From Eledone cirrhosa (taxonomy: Eukaryota), in assembly GCA_964016885.1 (NCBI GenBank), contig OZ024740.1:402318001-402382000 (forward strand): a stretch of DNA of 64,000 nt, given 5' to 3'. The position numbers were made by a program, and so were the translations under genes. Below are positions 35,903-50,243 of this stretch, in pieces. The notes beneath the pieces were generated by a model that did not search any database, was not told the DNA's origin, and saw nothing but the letters and a program-made list of their open reading frames with translations. Numbering within the stretch: position 1 is the first letter of the stretch; every line of letters begins with the position of its first letter.

Positions 35903-38139
35903 GTAAAACTAATAATAATAAAAACAACGCATTAAATTCTAACATGGAATAAAAGAAGAATCCGTTTTTTCATGAAACTTATATCAAACACAACAAAAGT
36001 AGACAAAACCAACTGCATAGTTGTTATTTTTTCCGTCGAAGTTGTCACAAATATTGTACATCTATCAATCTCATCCCAGAAAAATGGTCAACAACGTTAC
36101 TCACAGAACGACAACCCCACTGCAACCACTATCACTACAACTACCATAATTGCCATAACCCCGTTCTTACCAGATAATGAACTTCGATTGTACCACTAGT
36201 ACTACAATATCTATCTATCTAGACACCTACCGCATTTATTGTAAACTCACTATAATTCAAAAATCATTACAGCCTGGGAGCAAATAATACCTTTGACAAT
36301 CATTACAGACTATTCTTTAACATATTGAGATCTAAATATGGCCTTATAGTTATTGTCTTACCTCATATCACCATTGATGGGGTCGAACAGATATACAATA
36401 AAAATAATTCAATCTGTGGCCATTCAGTGTTACGTTTCAGTGTTTCTCGAACTAAATTGTATAATGCATTTCTTTTAGATCGTGAGACCATGTTGTGGTT
36501 ACTTTGATAGTTCAATAATGGAGTTTTTGGTAGGAATGGTAGAGGATATAAGAGGTAGCTGTAGTGTTGTGGTAATCGTGAGATTGTTGTTTAGCTTTAG
36601 GCAAACCTATTCGAGTAGAACTATGGTCGAAGCTATTGCAGCCTTGGTCATCCCACCGTTTACTCAGAAACATTTTATCTAGCCCTTCACTATCCAATTC
36701 ATCCTTTAAAAGAGATTGCAGTGTGTTGTTTAAAAGTTTAGATTCTTTGAGTTGTAGTTCGGGTTGTCATACTTATTTAAAACAGGATAAAACTTAAAGA
36801 TCTGTGAACAACAGCAGTCTGGGGTTTTATTTGTTTTGTTTTTTTGTTTTTTTAAGGGAATGTAGAACTTATCCTTATAACCTTAGGTATTTTAATGTGG
36901 ACTAGTTTGATTGGAAGGATATTTGATTGATATTTTTAGCAGGTCAAGAAATGGCCTAGAGGTCCCCTCGTTAGTTCGTTGATGGGAGAGATTGCTATAC
37001 TTGAATATAAATCAACGTGAAAATAAATACTACCGCAGTTAACATAATTCGTAAAACTTGAGCCGACACCACCATTTAAATTAATACCATTGTGGTCATC
37101 TACACTCAATATTACAATTAGCTAGCACAACCACCACCACCACCACCAACAACAACAACAATACCACCACCACCACCTCTGCTAGCCACACCACAAATCC
37201 TTATATAAACCTACACAAATACCTCAACCGAATCCAACACTTGAAAAATTTGGTGCTGGGAATCCTGGACATACGAAATTGACGACATGATCATTGTTGA
37301 AATGTGTTTCTTCATATGTCTGCTCGTTCAGAGCTGACCTAGGGCTAAACAAATATAACAAAAATAAAAACAGCAATAATAACCTTTTTCCTCAGCATGA
37401 TCTACTTATAACCATTGCTATGACCAACCTAATACCTCTCATCACTAGATCTCCGCAAAAGACTCTTAATCTTACCATTTTATGCGGTTTTAATTCTCGA
37501 TACTTCCTCCCCTGTCATCCAAAGACTCCCCCCTCCTGTTGGAAACTATCAGCGCTTGCATTGTTTCCTACGTCTTATGTTCTCTCTTTCCGTCTCTTTC
37601 TATTTAAACACTTCTTCAATAACATTGCCTCTCTCTCTCTCCCTCTCGCCCCCCCCCGTCTCTCTCTCTCTCTTGCTCTCTCTCTTTCCGTCTCTTTCTA
37701 TTTAAACATTTCTTCAATAACATTGACTCTCTCTCCCTCTCCCTCTCGCTCCCTCTCTCTCTCGCTCTCTCTCTCTGTCTCACCCTCCTTTCTGGAATCC
37801 CTCCTTTTCTCTATGTCATTTAACCAATTTATTCCGGCTTTCAATAGTCTCCATCTTCCCTAACCAAAACAGATCACGTACTCACCTATCCAAACATCGC
37901 CACACCACCAGCACCACCGCCACTACATCATTATACATTACAGCCTCAGGCCATCAGCAGCAGCAACACCACCACCACAACCACCACCACCGTCGCAACA
38001 ACCACTGTCATTTTGCACTCAACTAATTATATTGATAGCCTTTAATAAAGTAAGAATTAAACCACTTCACCATCTTACAAACCTTTTCTTGTGTATTTAT
38101 TATTATTGTTATTGTGTCAGTATTTGTTGCTGCTGTTGT

Positions 38140-38840
38140 TATTGTTGTTATTGTTGACGGTGGTGTAGCTATTGCTGTTGTTAGTGGTGTTGCTATTGTT
38201 GATAGTGGTGTTGTTATTGCTGTTGATAGTTGTTGTTGTTGCTGATAGTTGTGTAGCTATTGTTGATAGTGGTGTTGTTATTGCTGTTGATAGTTGTTGT
38301 TGTTGTTGATAGTTGTGTAGCTATTGTTGATAGTGGTGTTGTTGTTGCTGTTGATAGTTGTTGTAGTTGCTATTGTTGATAGTGGTGTTGTTATTGCTGT
38401 TGATACTGTTGTTGTTATTGTTGATACTGTTGTTGTTATTGTTGATACTGTTGTTGTTGTTGTTGATAGTGGTGTTGCTATTGTTGATAGTGGTATTGTT
38501 ATTGCTGTTGATACTGTTGTTGTTATTGTTGATAGTGGTGTTGCTATTGTTGATAGTGTTGTTGCTATTGTTGATAGTGGTGTTGTTATTGCTGTCGATA
38601 CTGTTGTTGTTATTGTTGATACTGTTGTTGTTATTGTTGATAGCGGTGTTGTTATTGTTGATAGTGGTGTTGTTATTGCTGTTGATAGTGTTGTTGTTAT
38701 TGTTGATAGTGGTGTTGTTATTGTTGATACTGTTGTTGTTATTGTTAATAGTGGTGTTGTTATTGCTGTTGATACTGTTGTTGTTATTGTTGTTATTGCT
38801 GTTGTTATTCCTGTTGATAATGTTGTTGTTATTGTTGTTA
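38140..38840. repeat. GTT/GAT-based minisatellite (unit like GTTGATAGTGGTGTTGTTATTGCT)
   Basis: Directly visible. Confidence 0.9.
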
Positions 38841-39277
38841 AGGCCATTATTGACGCCGTTCTTCCTTGCGTGTGTTGTAGAGGCCGCTGTTATTACTGCT
38901 GTATTGTTGATTTTGTTGACATTATCTCTGTTTGCTGTTTTATTGTTGCTGATGTTCCTGTTGTCGTCGTTAGTCATTGTTGTTACTGTTGTTATTCATG
39001 TTTTTATCTTTATTTTCTTTGTTATTGTTAGGTATTAAATTTGTTTTTCTTGCTGGTACTTTAGCTGTTAGGGTAAATGATATTGCTGTTCTTATGTTAT
39101 TTGTTATTTTCAAGTTACTATAGCTGTAGTTATTGATATTTTTGTTTTATTTAATTATGTTACCATCTATCTAGCTAGCAATCGATCGATCTATTTATCT
39201 ATTACATTAAATCTGGTGTATCTGTGGTGTAAAAGGTCTGTCACGCTGGAAAGGTAACAGTAAGAATGTGTGTTAAA

Positions 39278-39365
<88 letters not shown>

Positions 39366-39473
39366 TAAGAAAAGAATGGAGCTGTGTGGTTACTGTAAAC
39401 AAAGTTTAAGATGGTAGTATGGACGAAACAAGAGAAGAAAGAACTCCTTCATCAGCTGTAAAACCGAGATCAA

Positions 39474-39543
<70 letters not shown>

Positions 39544-39974
39544 TGGCTGCCAACTCGTTTTCGAGTAGGGCCACTACTTTATATCCATGTAGGAGAACCC
39601 CTACCGATGCGCTGAATGAGTGTGACTTTTTAGTCCAACCAGTCACTTGAAAACTCTGATACAAACACTACACTTGTGACAATTATTGACGCATAGTGCT
39701 GGGCCCATGGTACCATGTGATGACAAGTGCAGAGAGATCTCCAGATATAAAGCAATGCCTGTGCTGTGACGCTTTTATAGTGAGAAAAGGCACTGCACAA
39801 AGCCAGTCCCACTCTCTTAACCAAGATGATATTTACCAAAAAGAAGAACAAGTCAACATCATTGGATACCATCAGGGTTGCAGGTGTTATATCAGAGTTT
39901 ACCTTCTCCTAGAATTGTGCCTTGGCAAAGGCTAAGGGGTCATCTCTCCCGGATATATGTTGTTATTGGTGGTG

Positions 39975-40017
<43 letters not shown>

Positions 40018-40330
40018 ATTACGATCGACTTTCGTCAAATCAATGTTTCCGTTGGTCTTTCAATTGCTAATACCATCTATCGGTCGCAACTCCAGGTAGA
40101 AGGAGCAACGTGAAATAAAGTGTCTTGCTCAAGGAGATAACGCAACACCACTAACAACAGCAATAACGCATCATATAACGAAGGAAGTGTGGTAAGGAAC
40201 CAGATGGACCATAACGCACCAGAGTACTCAATACTTAGCGTAGTAGAGTGGGTAATAGGAAAATGTTTAACACCGACGGCAGAGCTCAAGACGTTTCGAC
40301 GGCTTGAGCTCTGCCGTCGGTGTTAAACAT

Positions 40331-40410
<80 letters not shown>

Positions 40411-41036
40411 AAAAGAAAGAGGGAGTGAAAGTGAAAATCACAGAGAAAGACAGAGAGATAAAAAGAAAGAGTGATAGAAGTCAACGTTTTTATCTTTTTT
40501 ATTTCACGGTTTTATGGAAAGCTATAAGTGTGTCCCTATGTATGTGTGGGAGAGTGTAGAGAGCAAGGGTGGTGGCGGTGGTGTTGTTGGTGGTGATAGT
40601 GATGGTGATGATGTTGAAGGTGGTGGTGATGCTGATGATGCTGATGATGCTGATGATGGTGGTGATGGTGATGGTGATGCTGGTGGTGGTGGAGATGGTG
40701 ATGCTGGTGATAGTGGTGATACTGATGTTGATAGTGGTGGTGATGCTGATGTTGATTGCTGATGGTGGTGGTGATGCTGATGTTGATGGTGGTGTGTGTC
40801 GGGGGGCTGATGCTGGTGGTGGTGGTGGTGGTGATGTTGATGTTGATGCTGGAGGTGGTGGCGGTGGTGGTGATGTTGAAGCTGGTGGTGACGATGGTCG
40901 TTGTCGTGGTTTTGGTGGTGGTTCCGAAAACCTTTTTTTTAAACTTAAAATGTATGAAAAGGAGATGAACAGTTTGAGAGATAATTTGAAATACACACAT
41001 ATTCAAAAAAGTGAGAGAGAGAGTGTGTGTGTAATG

Positions 41037-41067
<31 letters not shown>

Positions 41068-41617
41068 AAAAAACATGAGAAGAAAGAGGAATCCTGCGTG
41101 GTTGCACATGGGTTACATATTATAAAATTAGTCCCTCGTCAGTGATTTTCCAACCTTCATTGGTATTTCATCACATTAAAAATCATATACCTCCGGTTGG
41201 TGCGAGCAATAACTAAAAAAAGCTACTGGGACAAGTGAGTCGCGTAAAGCGAGTGAGACAAGTAAACAACATAGAAGGATAAAAGCAAACCGAAGATAGG
41301 AAAAAAACAAGCAACATGGTTATCTGGTCAGCATAATCTGGGTAAATTTCATGAGCGTTCAGAATACAGACCGTCCGACGTGAGTGAGATGTGAGCAAGA
41401 AAGAACCCCACTACCAACGAAACGAGAGGAAGTGAGAAGGGGAGAAACAGAGAGTGAGTGAGTGGAAGTGCGAGGAAGAGGTCAGTCGAGAGAAAGTGTA
41501 ACTGACAGAGGGAGCGAAAGAAGGTGAGAGAAACAGAGAGAACGGGGGAGCAGTAAGAGAGAAAGAGAGAAGCAGACAAACGCAGCCGAGGTAAATATGT
41601 ATATATATATATATAAA

Positions 41618-41926
41618 AATAGAAGAGCTTCTACAGGACTAGAACTGTTTCATTCGTGAGAAATTATGATTTATCACGAATGAAACAGTTCTAGTCCTAT
41701 AGAATCTCTTCTATTTTAAAACATTTATACTCTGCTATGTATTGAGTACCTTACTTGCTGTGGTTACCCCCGATTGAACCCGGGAGGGAAACACACTGTA
41801 TTTAAGTTCGAGTGACGCAATTTCTAGTGAGCAGGGGCCTTTAGAGACACCTGAACAATTAAACAATTGTTAATACTGCAAATAAAACCTTTTTGTACAG
41901 CCGACGACGTTATTCTTCATTCTTCC
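41618..41926. mobile_element. (TA)n-embedded fold-back element; homologue at 53210-53378 in opposite orientation
   Basis: Hairpin 41618-41716 plus the flank TATACTCTGCT.TGTATTGAGTACCTTACTT..GTGGTTACCCCCGATTGAAC, shared with 53210-53280. Confidence 0.8.
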
Positions 41927-42149
41927 ATATATATATATATATATAAACCATTCTGCGTACCTCGTCGAGTGCTCCAATCTGCATACTGAGAGAGAGAGAG
42001 AACTAAGAGAATTATTAATTTCCTAACAAGTATTGTTTTATCCTCTAATTAAAATATTGTGTGAATTTTAGTAACCTATTAAATTTATTCGATTTAGTCT
42101 GTTTTGGTTATGCTGTTTATGTTGTTCAGTTATGGGTATTTTATTCGTA

Positions 42150-42201
<52 letters not shown>

Positions 42202-42241
42202 TATAGATATATATATAGAGAGAGAATTCGTATCCCAACAG

Positions 42242-42420
42242 TTAGTTCACCATACCGAGAACAATTGCTTCACCTTATGCGGATCTTCAGCTGAGGATAC
42301 GCATAAAGTGAAACAATTGTTCTCGGTATGGTGAACTAATTATTGTGTTACTACTTCTACAAACTCGTCCCATGGACTGAGTGCTCTACCACTATGGATA
42401 TTTTCTTCCAGTGTTCTACC
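42242..42420. ncRNA. Palindrome carrying two back-to-back hammerhead-like cores
   Basis: + strand: CTGAGGA-TACGCATAAAGT-GAAAC-AATT-GTT (42291-42321). - strand: CTGAAGA-T-CC-GCATAA-GG-T-GAAGC. The flank 42345-42420 matches 30776-30857. Confidence 0.55.
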
Positions 42421-42430
42421 TTTATATATA

Positions 42431-42914
42431 AGTAAGTATGTTTTGAAACAGTTAGCAAGTTTGAAATTAGAAAATAGAAGCTTTCACCGTATTTTTTTTA
42501 CTAAAGAAATGTTAGCATGATAGTGGGGTTTAGAATCCTCAGAAAATGGAAAAAAAAGATGAGTATTGACCTACATGGGAGTCGAACCCACATCTTTGGT
42601 TATCCAAACCATTGTGCTACCATTACACCCTAAAAAAAATACGGTTTAATCTTCTATTTTCTAATTTCAAACTTGCTGTTTCAAAACATACTTACTTGTC
42701 ATTATACATACTAAGAATACAGCTTCTAATTTGAATGGTAGGAGATGGGTGATGTCTTGATGTAATGGTAGCACAGTGGTCTGGATAACCAAAGATGTGG
42801 GTTCAACACCAATGTATGTCAATACTCATCTTTTTCCATTTCTCTGAGGGTTCTAAACCCCACTATCAGGCTAAAATTTCTTTAGTCAAAAAATACGATG
42901 AAAGTTTCTAATTT

Positions 42915-42917
<3 letters not shown>
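42431..42917. repeat. Inverted pair of a ~255-bp unit containing a tRNA-like cloverleaf; third copy at 55938-56258
   Basis: tRNA-like sequences at 42567-42629 (-), 42750-42821 (+) and 56087-56158 (+). Confidence 0.75.
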
Positions 42918-42949
<32 letters not shown>

Positions 42950-43097
42950 CGACTATAGAGTAAACACAAATGTATGACATTGTGTTAGAATTCAATATTT
43001 GCTTGCTTAGATATTGATTCATCGATTACTCGTCTTCATTTGTTTTTGTTTTTTTAATATATATATTTCTACGGTTGTGTGCATGTATTATGTAGTA

Positions 43098-43515
43098 GTG
43101 GATTGGGAGTATAGGTAGAGGATCGGACGCCATGCTTTCCAGCATAGCGTTACGTCCCTTTATGGTCTGAGTTCAGATCCCACCGATGTTAACTTTGCCT
43201 TTCAGCCTTACGGGGTCGATAAAATAAAGTACCAGTAATGCCCTGATTAATTGCTGGCCTTGTGCCAAAAGTAGAAACAATTGTGTAGTAGTATTGAGGG
43301 TGGCATATTGGCAGCATTTAAAAGGCACAGAACGAAGGCTTTTGTGCTATTTCTGTCGCCACTTTTTGTTTTATATTGAAATACCGCCGAGGTTATATTT
43401 TCTTTTCATCTATCCTGGGTCGTAAAATATAGTACCAGTAAAATACTGGTGTCAATTTGATTGACGCTACTCTTCCCTAAATTTGTTCGGAGTGTGACTA
43501 TGTTAGAAGCAATTA
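43098..43515 (+). mobile_element. Two adjacent SINE copies (43098-43283, 43297-43515); another fragment at 44015-44130
   Basis: Head GGATTGGGAGTATAGGTAGAG, GAGTTCAGATCCC, and the shared central domain. Confidence 0.75.
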
Positions 43516-43531
43516 TTTGTTAGCAGCAGTT

Positions 43532-43585
<54 letters not shown>

Positions 43586-43750
43586 ATAGTAGTAGTAGTA
43601 GTGGTGGTGGTGGTGGTGGTGGTGGTGGTGGTGGTGGTGGTGGTGGTGGTGGTGGTAGTAGTAGTGGCGGTGGTGGTGGTGGTCGTGGTAGTAGTAGTTT
43701 TAGTAGTGGCGGTGGTGGTGGTGGTCGTGGTAGTAGTAGTTTTAGTAGTG

Positions 43751-43781
<31 letters not shown>

Positions 43782-46264
43782 CAGCAGCAGCAACAGCAGC
43801 AGTAGTAGTGGTAGTGGTGGCGGTGGTGGTGATAGTAGGTGTAGTAGTAGTAGTAGTAGTAGTACTAGTACTAGTACTAGTAGATAGTACGGCTTCAACT
43901 TCCGTTTGATAACTTCGTTGAAGCAATTCTGGTGGCTTATAGCTATTATTGTTACAGCGTAGAAATTTATGTTTGGTTCATAGGCTGTTATTTTCCGTTG
44001 TTGTTAGTGTCATTTCTGAGTTCAAATCCCACCGAAGTTAGCTTTGTCTTTCATCCTTACGTGGTCGATAAAATAAAGCACCAATAATGTACTGGCGTAA
44101 TTGATGGCCTTGTGCCAAAAGGAGAAACATATTATTATTATTATTTCTACAACTTTTATTTGAAATGGTATATTTATTTCACTACTCGCTTCGTGTTTGC
44201 CTTACATTTGCTCGGGTACGATAAAATAAATTCTAGTCAAGTGTTGTTGTTAGCCAAATCTTATGCTTCTGCTATAAATTGATAGTAAGCTCTACAGGAA
44301 CTAGTAACTCCTTTTGAGATGAAATGCTGTAACAGCATTTCAAAGATTACAGTCCTTTTGAGGAACAATGTAAGTATAATTTTCAATAGAAAACGTCCTG
44401 TATATGTATTTCTGTTTGCTTAGATTTGTGATCAAAATTGTTATTATTTAGCATCTTTGATACCAATCTGCTTAAAACCGCTCCTCATTTTACGATACAA
44501 ATCTATTTATTTTAAAATGTATTTTTTACTCCATTTACAAAGAATCTAAGATTATAGTTACTTTGTAAATCAGGAAATTGATGCAAAAGGCCGCAGATTC
44601 ATGACTAAGTTTACCGTTTCACGGAGATTTAACATTGCTATAGAAATAAATGAACATACACTGTTTCGATCACTATATATGATTATGTATGTGTATGATG
44701 TACGTATATCTAACATAAATAGCAAAATAAATAATCGTTTAGTAAAAGCATAAAAGGTTTACAGTATTTTAGCATACCTAATGCTGAAATATTTGCTTAT
44801 GACGTTTGTGATTCAATGGTCTTTTATATACCAAATATGCAAAGTAGGCATATACGACTGAATATGTGAGACGTATGCCGTGTCTCTCATTTAAACGAGA
44901 GCAAACAGAAAAATCAAGCGAATATTTTATTATAATTTAAAGCAATTGATTAATTCTCTACTAAATAAGCATTATACATTTCCTATTAGGCGCACTAAAA
45001 TATTTACTTATAAGACTCTCTAAGATACGCTTTATAACTTTCAGTGAGGGACTTATAAATGCTTATAGACAATTGGGTCTATCTACCAAGGGAAAATCAT
45101 TGCAGCATGAACTAATATAAAAGTGGCCCATTCAATACCACATCCCTTATAAGGACATAAATTGAAGGCGCAGCCGTAAAATTATCTAGAGAAAGGAATG
45201 AAATTACTAACTCTCAACCAAAAGAAAAGAATAAGCCAGTTAAATGTTCTATTCAACAAATGAACACTGACAGAGGAAGTAAACAAAAGACGAGTGACAT
45301 GCACAACAGAGTCTGTTATTTTAATTACTCTTATTGCTGCTGTTCCTAATATGAGGAATGCACTTATCGTTCTTGATGCTGTCTTGTTGTTGTACTACTG
45401 GCTATTAAAATGATTACTACTGCATTTTAGTTGTTTGTGATGTTATTGCTGTTTGTGGTGATGGTGGCTGATGGTGGTGGTGGTGGTTGTGGTAGTATTA
45501 CTCCTTCGTTACTGAAGTTGACATACTTTCTGCTCAACTATATTCCTTAATTTCTTCCATTCTGTCAAACTTAATCTAGTGACACTTTCTCTCATTTATT
45601 CACATACATACTCTTTCAATATTTTACCCAATAACACATGCCTTATTCTAAAGAGTACCAGTCTATTAAATATACAACTGGAAGATTCGTTTCCCTCACT
45701 AGAGTTTATGGACAAAATAATTAACATTCACTCACCCAGTCTCCCTAGCTATAAATGGCTATAAACAGGAACCATGAGTTGATACAAATCACTACTATAT
45801 GCAGTAGAATCATTGTAACTATATAGTTAACGAATACTTCATTACTCTTAGTTTAACACTACCACCACCACCAACAACAACAACAACACCAACAACAATT
45901 GGTTCATGTGTGTCGTTAGCGCAAGCTACTACACTGCATAAGGATATCATTCTCCTTCCGTCACCTTTCTCAGAACAAGAAAAGTTTAATGGTCGCTGCT
46001 CGTTCCTCTCCGAGTCATTCAAAAATACCAAGTCCAAGTCTTCACATTCAATGCGATATATATTCAGATATGTAAACATCTTATCAGTTGGTACTGAATT
46101 TCATTAGAACTTTATACACGATTATATTTGATTTTGAAATGGCTGTTGAGTCAGATATTAAATCACCTTGATAGAGATCCCGTAAATGAGGGAATGTTCC
46201 GTAGAAAAGACGCTTCATTTATAATACCACAGATTTCAGTTAATGGCAACACACACAATGTCAT

Positions 46265-46810
46265 TCGGTAGAGGGTTGAAGCATAGATTAACGTCCCTTT
46301 ATGATCTGAGTTCAAATCTCGTCGAGGTTAACTTTGCCTTTCATCCTTACGGGGTCGATAAAAATAAAGTACCAGTAATGTACTGGGTAATTGCTGGCCT
46401 TGTGCCAAAAGTAGAAATAATTATTTTAGTTGTGGATTGGCAGTATCGGTAGAGGGTCGGACACCATGTTTTGCAGCAAAGAGTTACGGCACTTTATGGT
46501 CTGAGTTAAAATCCCACTGAGGTTAACTTTGCCTTTCATCCTTACGGGGCCAATAAAATAATGTACCAGTAATACACTGGATTAATTGCTGGCCTTGTGC
46601 CAAAAGTAGAATCAATTATTTTAGTTGTGGATTGGCAGTATTGGTAGAGGCGCGGACACCATGCTTTGCTGCATAGAGTTACGGCCTTTTATGAGTTGAA
46701 ATCTCGCCGTGGTTAACTTTGCCTTTCATTCTTACGGGGCGATAAAATAAAGCAATACACTGGGGTAATTGCTGGCCTTGTGCCACAAGTAGAAACAATT
46801 ATTTTAGTTG
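46265..46810 (+). mobile_element. Three head-to-tail SINE copies (~190-bp unit)
   Basis: TTTGCCTTTCAT.CTTACGGGG at ~46333, 46528 and 46718. Junction ATTATTTTAGTTGTGGATTGGCAGTAT is repeated. Confidence 0.85.
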
Positions 46811-46931
46811 ATCAGGCCTCTTTTCTTATTAGGTAACATTTTGCAATATTTCAGAATCTAAATTGCTTGTGTATTCATTAACTCAGACTCTCATATTCTA
46901 CTTGATTATCATGTTGTAATACACGCACTCG

Positions 46932-46972
<41 letters not shown>

Positions 46973-47677
46973 ATACATGCACACACATATATATATATAT
47001 GAAATTTCTTCTTTTCTTTTTTAACTCCAGCTAACCAACATCGAACTAATGATACATGAATACAATAAACCCAAATCAAGATCAACCTCATGAAAAACAA
47101 GTTGATCATCTCCTAAAAATCAAGTTTAACACAACTAATGAATTTTCGAAAACTACACCTTTCTTAATACATCAAATCTATATTAAGAAAGTAAACAACT
47201 TAGACAAATAAAATAATATATATTATATTTGAGTGATATACTACTGTGTGGTTTCAAATCATATAATATGTTCACTTGATACCAATAATCAGCAAATGAG
47301 CTTCATACGGATTCATCTGGGAGAAGGGAGCCGGTGAACGAATCCATCTCCTTAGATTTGTTCGCATACAATTAAAGCTTCAAGCGTTCAAATACCTTAA
47401 GTGCTCCATATGTAAATGCTCTGGGGCGATAGAAGAAAATCCTTTACCTTTCACACATTACTACAAACTGTAGAGTTTATTATGGATACCACAACGCCTG
47501 GAAGGACACATATAGAAGGACGATAGACCATGTCATGTAACGTGCCGCACAGCCTGCCAACTCTCCTGTCGCACAAATTACACCACAGACTTTTAACTAG
47601 TTGCCAAGTTAGTCGCTACCAACGTTTCTGAAGCGTCTTACCTGACAACATTTCTCGACAATGATGAGTCTGTTTAG

Positions 47678-47951
47678 TAACTAAAAAGTATTTTCTTTTC
47701 GCCATTAGTTCCATGGCGTTCCACGACGTTATCAAATACGAATATAATCATGTTTATTTGTAGTAAAATAGTTCACGGGGCATAACATTGTTTCATTTAT
47801 TTATTATTCATAAATAGTAAGTTTGTATTCCCAATGGTCTTTACAACAATTCGACTGAAAAATGTTAGGGTTCGTGAACTATTTTACTGCAAATAAACCT
47901 GATTATTTTGATATTTGATAACGGTATGGAACGACGTGAGACTTTTAGTTA
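47678..47951. mobile_element. MITE-like element with ~110-bp imperfect terminal inverted repeats
   Basis: CGTTATCAAATA..TTTATTTGTAGTAAAATAGTTCACG versus CGTGAACTATTTTACTGCAAATAAA..TATTTGATAACG. Confidence 0.65.
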
Positions 47952-48239
47952 GGTGCGTGTAGTACTAAAGCAAAACGTTTTATTTGGTGAAGGGTCTGCG
48001 AAGAGACACTTCTTTGTTCAGAAATTGAATGTAACAAAAAGAGGAGCCAGAGCCTGTAAGAACGATATGACCAGGCCTACGCCTATAAGTAGAAAGCATA
48101 TATTATTTTAAAGATTGGAGGAAAATAGAGATGATGAAGAATGAAAAGGAGAGCAAAGTGGCAAATATGATGAGCAATGAAAATATAACATGAAAGAGTT
48201 GAAGACACAAATGCTAAATAAACTGAGCTGGGTTGAGTT

Positions 48240-49230
48240 ATCTACCCTCTCTATATTCCACTAAATAACTCACTCTCTTTTACTCTCTTAATTCCCGCTC
48301 TCTCACTAGAGCAACACATTCTCCCTCACTCTCTATATTCCACTACATACCTCATTCTCTTTCACTCTCACAATAGCGTCTCTCTCTCACTAAACCAACA
48401 AATTCACCCCCTCTCTCTATATACCACCCTCTCTCTAACAATTCCCGCTCTCTAACTAAAACAACACACTCTCTCCTTCTCACTCTAAATCATTACATAC
48501 CCCACTCTCCCTGAATTCCCCCTCTCTTACTAGATCACTAATCTAACTCCTTCTCTCTATATCCCACTACATACCTAATTCTCTCTCACAATTCCACCTA
48601 TCTCACTAAACCACCAAATTCTCTCACCCTCTCTATATTTTGCTACATAACTCACTCAATTTCTCCCTCTTAATTCCCGCTCTGTCACTAAACCAACAAA
48701 TACTCTCCCACTCTTTATATCCCACTACATACCACCCTCTCGCTAACAATTCCCCCTCTCTCAGTATACCATCAAATTCTCTCTCACCCCTTTATATTCC
48801 ACTACATACCTCACATTCTTTCACTCTCTCAACTGCCCCTTTCTCACTAGACTAATCAACACTAACCCCTCTCTATAACTGACTATATATCTCACTCTCT
48901 CTCACAATTCCCCCTCTCTCACTAGACCACCAAATTCTCCCCATCTCTATATTTCACTACAGAACTTTTAATTCCTCCTCTCTCACTAAACAAGCATATT
49001 CTCTCCCGTTCACTATATTTCACTACATACCACACATTCAGTCACAATTACCCCTCTCTAAGTAGACCACCTTATCCCCCTCTCTTTATATTCCACTACA
49101 TACCTCACTCTCTTTCACTCTCTTAACTTCCACTCTTTCACTAGGCTAATAAACTCTCACCCCTCTCTATAACCCACTACATATCTCACCCCCCCCCCCC
49201 CCCCTCTCACTAGAAACCAAATTCTCTCTG
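48240..49230. repeat. Diverged CT-rich minisatellite (~75-85-bp unit)
   Basis: Recurring CTCTCACTAGACCACCAAATTCTC and CTCTATATTCCACTACATACC. Confidence 0.75.
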
Positions 49231-50156
49231 TGTATATGCAACCACAATATTTTTTACTTTGAAACAACAAATGTTTTCATCTGTAAAGAACGACAAAGTT
49301 CTCCATCCCCTCCCCGGCCTTTTGAACTCCTGGGGTGTGGAGATCTTTCTTTTTTTTTTGTCGTGTGCTTTTGTTGAATTATTTGACAAGAGTTTAAAAT
49401 GTGGTGGTGTAGGGTGGTGGTGGTTGGAGGTGTTGACAGTAATGTGGCGGTCGTGGTAGTTGTGGTGTAGAGGGTGATGATGGTGGTGGTAATATGGTGT
49501 TCTAGGTGGTGTTTGTTCATTTTGAATCTATCTATCTATATATCTAACTATATACTACTAACACTCTGTGATTATGTGCTTGTCTGTAATCTAATTCAAC
49601 CAAAACGTCGCATAATGGGAAAATAGTTTTCAAAGGAAGTTGATCCTGAAATGGGAATACAAATGGAATAAAACAACTTTCGTGTAAAGCGGAGCACGGG
49701 TTCCCGCGATACGAGGTTTTTCCGGGTATCTTCATAAATATATAGAGAGAAAGAGAGAGAGAGAGAGAGGGGGAGAGAGAGAGAGCTGTGGTCGTTGTTG
49801 TATATATATGCGTGTGAGTGTGTGTGTGTCTGTATATATGTGTATCTGTGACAAGTGTATGTAGGTCACAGACACCCACCCACCACACACTCACACATAC
49901 ACACATATATACATATATATGGGCCTATCAATTTCATTTTACATTATATACATGCCTGTGTATATTTTAGTTATTTAAAAATTATTAAGTGAACATGATT
50001 TTAAAAAAGTATGACCCAAGACATGGTCACGGATGGTCTAGTTGTTTCTAAATACATGGAAAAACAAGTTCATATCAAAATAAACAATTATTAGTTAAAA
50101 CATCCGCATCCGACTCTATACACACACTCACGAACACATACATATATTTGAATGTT

Positions 50157-50242
<86 letters not shown>

Positions 50243-50243
<1 letters not shown>

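Noticed and set aside
46265-46810. CRISPR-like array
   Set aside because: Whole ~190-bp units are repeated with no unique spacers, there are no cas genes, and the unit is a SINE.
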